A stretch of 64,000 nucleotides of DNA, taken from Lingula anatina (lineage: Eukaryota; Animalia; Brachiopoda). A program made the translations under genes and the position numbers. This document shows positions 62,913-64,000 of this stretch, in pieces. Below the pieces are notes generated by a model that searched no databases, was not told the origin of the DNA, and saw only the letters and a program-made list of their open reading frames with translations. How positions within the stretch are numbered: position 1 is the first letter of the stretch; every line of letters begins with the position of its first letter. The DNA is taken from NCBI GenBank assembly GCA_051362555.1, contig CM120644.1, positions 8,812,954-8,876,953 on the forward strand, written 5' to 3'.

Positions 62913-64000
62913 GCAATGCGTCAAACCAAGGATTGAGAAAGGTTATTCTTGCGTGAACGGAAACCCCTGTTGTTCATGTACCAGGAAGCGGCGTCTGTCA
63001 TGGGCAAATAAATCAAATTAATGTAGTTGATTGGACTTGATTTGACCTTTATATTCCGATACCAATGGGCAATGTTTCTGTAATTCCCCCTCTTTCACTG
63101 TCCTATAAACAAGTAAGGTAATTTGTGACGCGAGCAAAATATGGGCGGTGTATTTTTATCTACTTTACGAATGTGCTTTGTCTGTACTTACATCCAAGCT
63201 CGCCAAATGCAAAAAGTATATAAAATCAAGTGCTGTACGAAAGTAAGTGTTTTCAAATTTTAAAAATTATGGCAAACACTACCTTGATTCCTTTAGAGGA
63301 TTTAAAGACAAGTATTTAAAACGTATACACTGATTTTGTCATTTCCGCTTCATCTTAATGGTGTTTTGCGACTGACCTCTCAAAGATAAAATATTTATAC
63401 TTGTTGCTAACATTCTCTTTGCGAAAATGCCTGTCCCGGAGCGACAGAAATGCAAGTCCGCTAGTACCGCTGGTACCACTTCAAGGTCACGCCAGGCCGC
63501 CCTAACACAACCTTACTCCAAGTGACTTTAACTCGAAGTCACAATGGGCCAACTTTGTGGCTAATTAATTTTGTGTAATTTTAAGTTATCTCACAGACCG
63601 CCTTTGTTACTTTTTCAAGCTGTCCTGTGTCTTTAGTAACTGTGCTACGTATTGAATCTTCGTGTCTGGAAGGTGCATCAAACAATAAAATGGACATTGC
63701 AGAGCACTTCTCTGCGTGATTGCGTCCGTTATTATCTGTTTTTCTGCTTTGTTGGCTATTGTAACGATCCCCAGGAATCAGGTTTTATACGATTTTACCT
63801 TGGAACAATTAAATTATCTCTGGGTAATTCGTTTATGAATTTTTTCTTTGTCTCTTTAAATTCAGTAACAGGATGCAGAATACTTGGATTTTAGGACCTC
63901 TACTGGCTACGTAACTTATTTACTGGCCGGCTGATTGACCAACCTTGAATGCGTCTGAAATCCTCCGGTTTTACAATCTGTATTTATGTCCTTGAATGTC

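Noticed and set aside
52519-63894. Short ORFs throughout the right-hand 12 kb
   Set aside because: No recognisable domains, coding bias or consistent splice phases; treated as intronic or intergenic.

Overview
AT-rich, intron-rich animal genomic DNA, most likely a marine invertebrate (lophotrochozoan/mollusc-like is my inference; the species cannot be determined from the sequence). It is not prokaryotic, so most ORF-track entries are spurious or partial exons. I assembled seven spliced genes by eye. (1) A secreted GH76 (alpha-1,6-mannanase-like) glycoside hydrolase on the minus strand, with a GC-AG intron, running off the left edge. (2) An atypical caspase with a QSCLG active site, a long internally duplicated prodomain without CARD/DED, and an apparent 1-bp frameshift. 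(3) CFAP69, about 20 exons. (4) A small Cys-rich secreted protein head-to-head with CFAP69. (5,6) Two head-to-head VOPP1/WBP1-family PY-motif membrane protein paralogs. (7) A putative signal-peptide first exon at 52.4 kb followed by an apparently long intron. The window holds many non-autonomous DNA transposons (MITEs), including 8 copies of one ~215-bp TTA/TAA-target family. Notable non-standard observations: an array of four 'decoy' copies of an exon acceptor, all leading to stops or a frameshift; inverted MITE copies bracketing a frame-preserving 264-nt exon pair (circRNA candidate); and a visible CpG-poor versus CpG-rich domain structure that the MITE copies also record. No rRNA, tRNA, CRISPR array or autonomous transposase gene was recognised.
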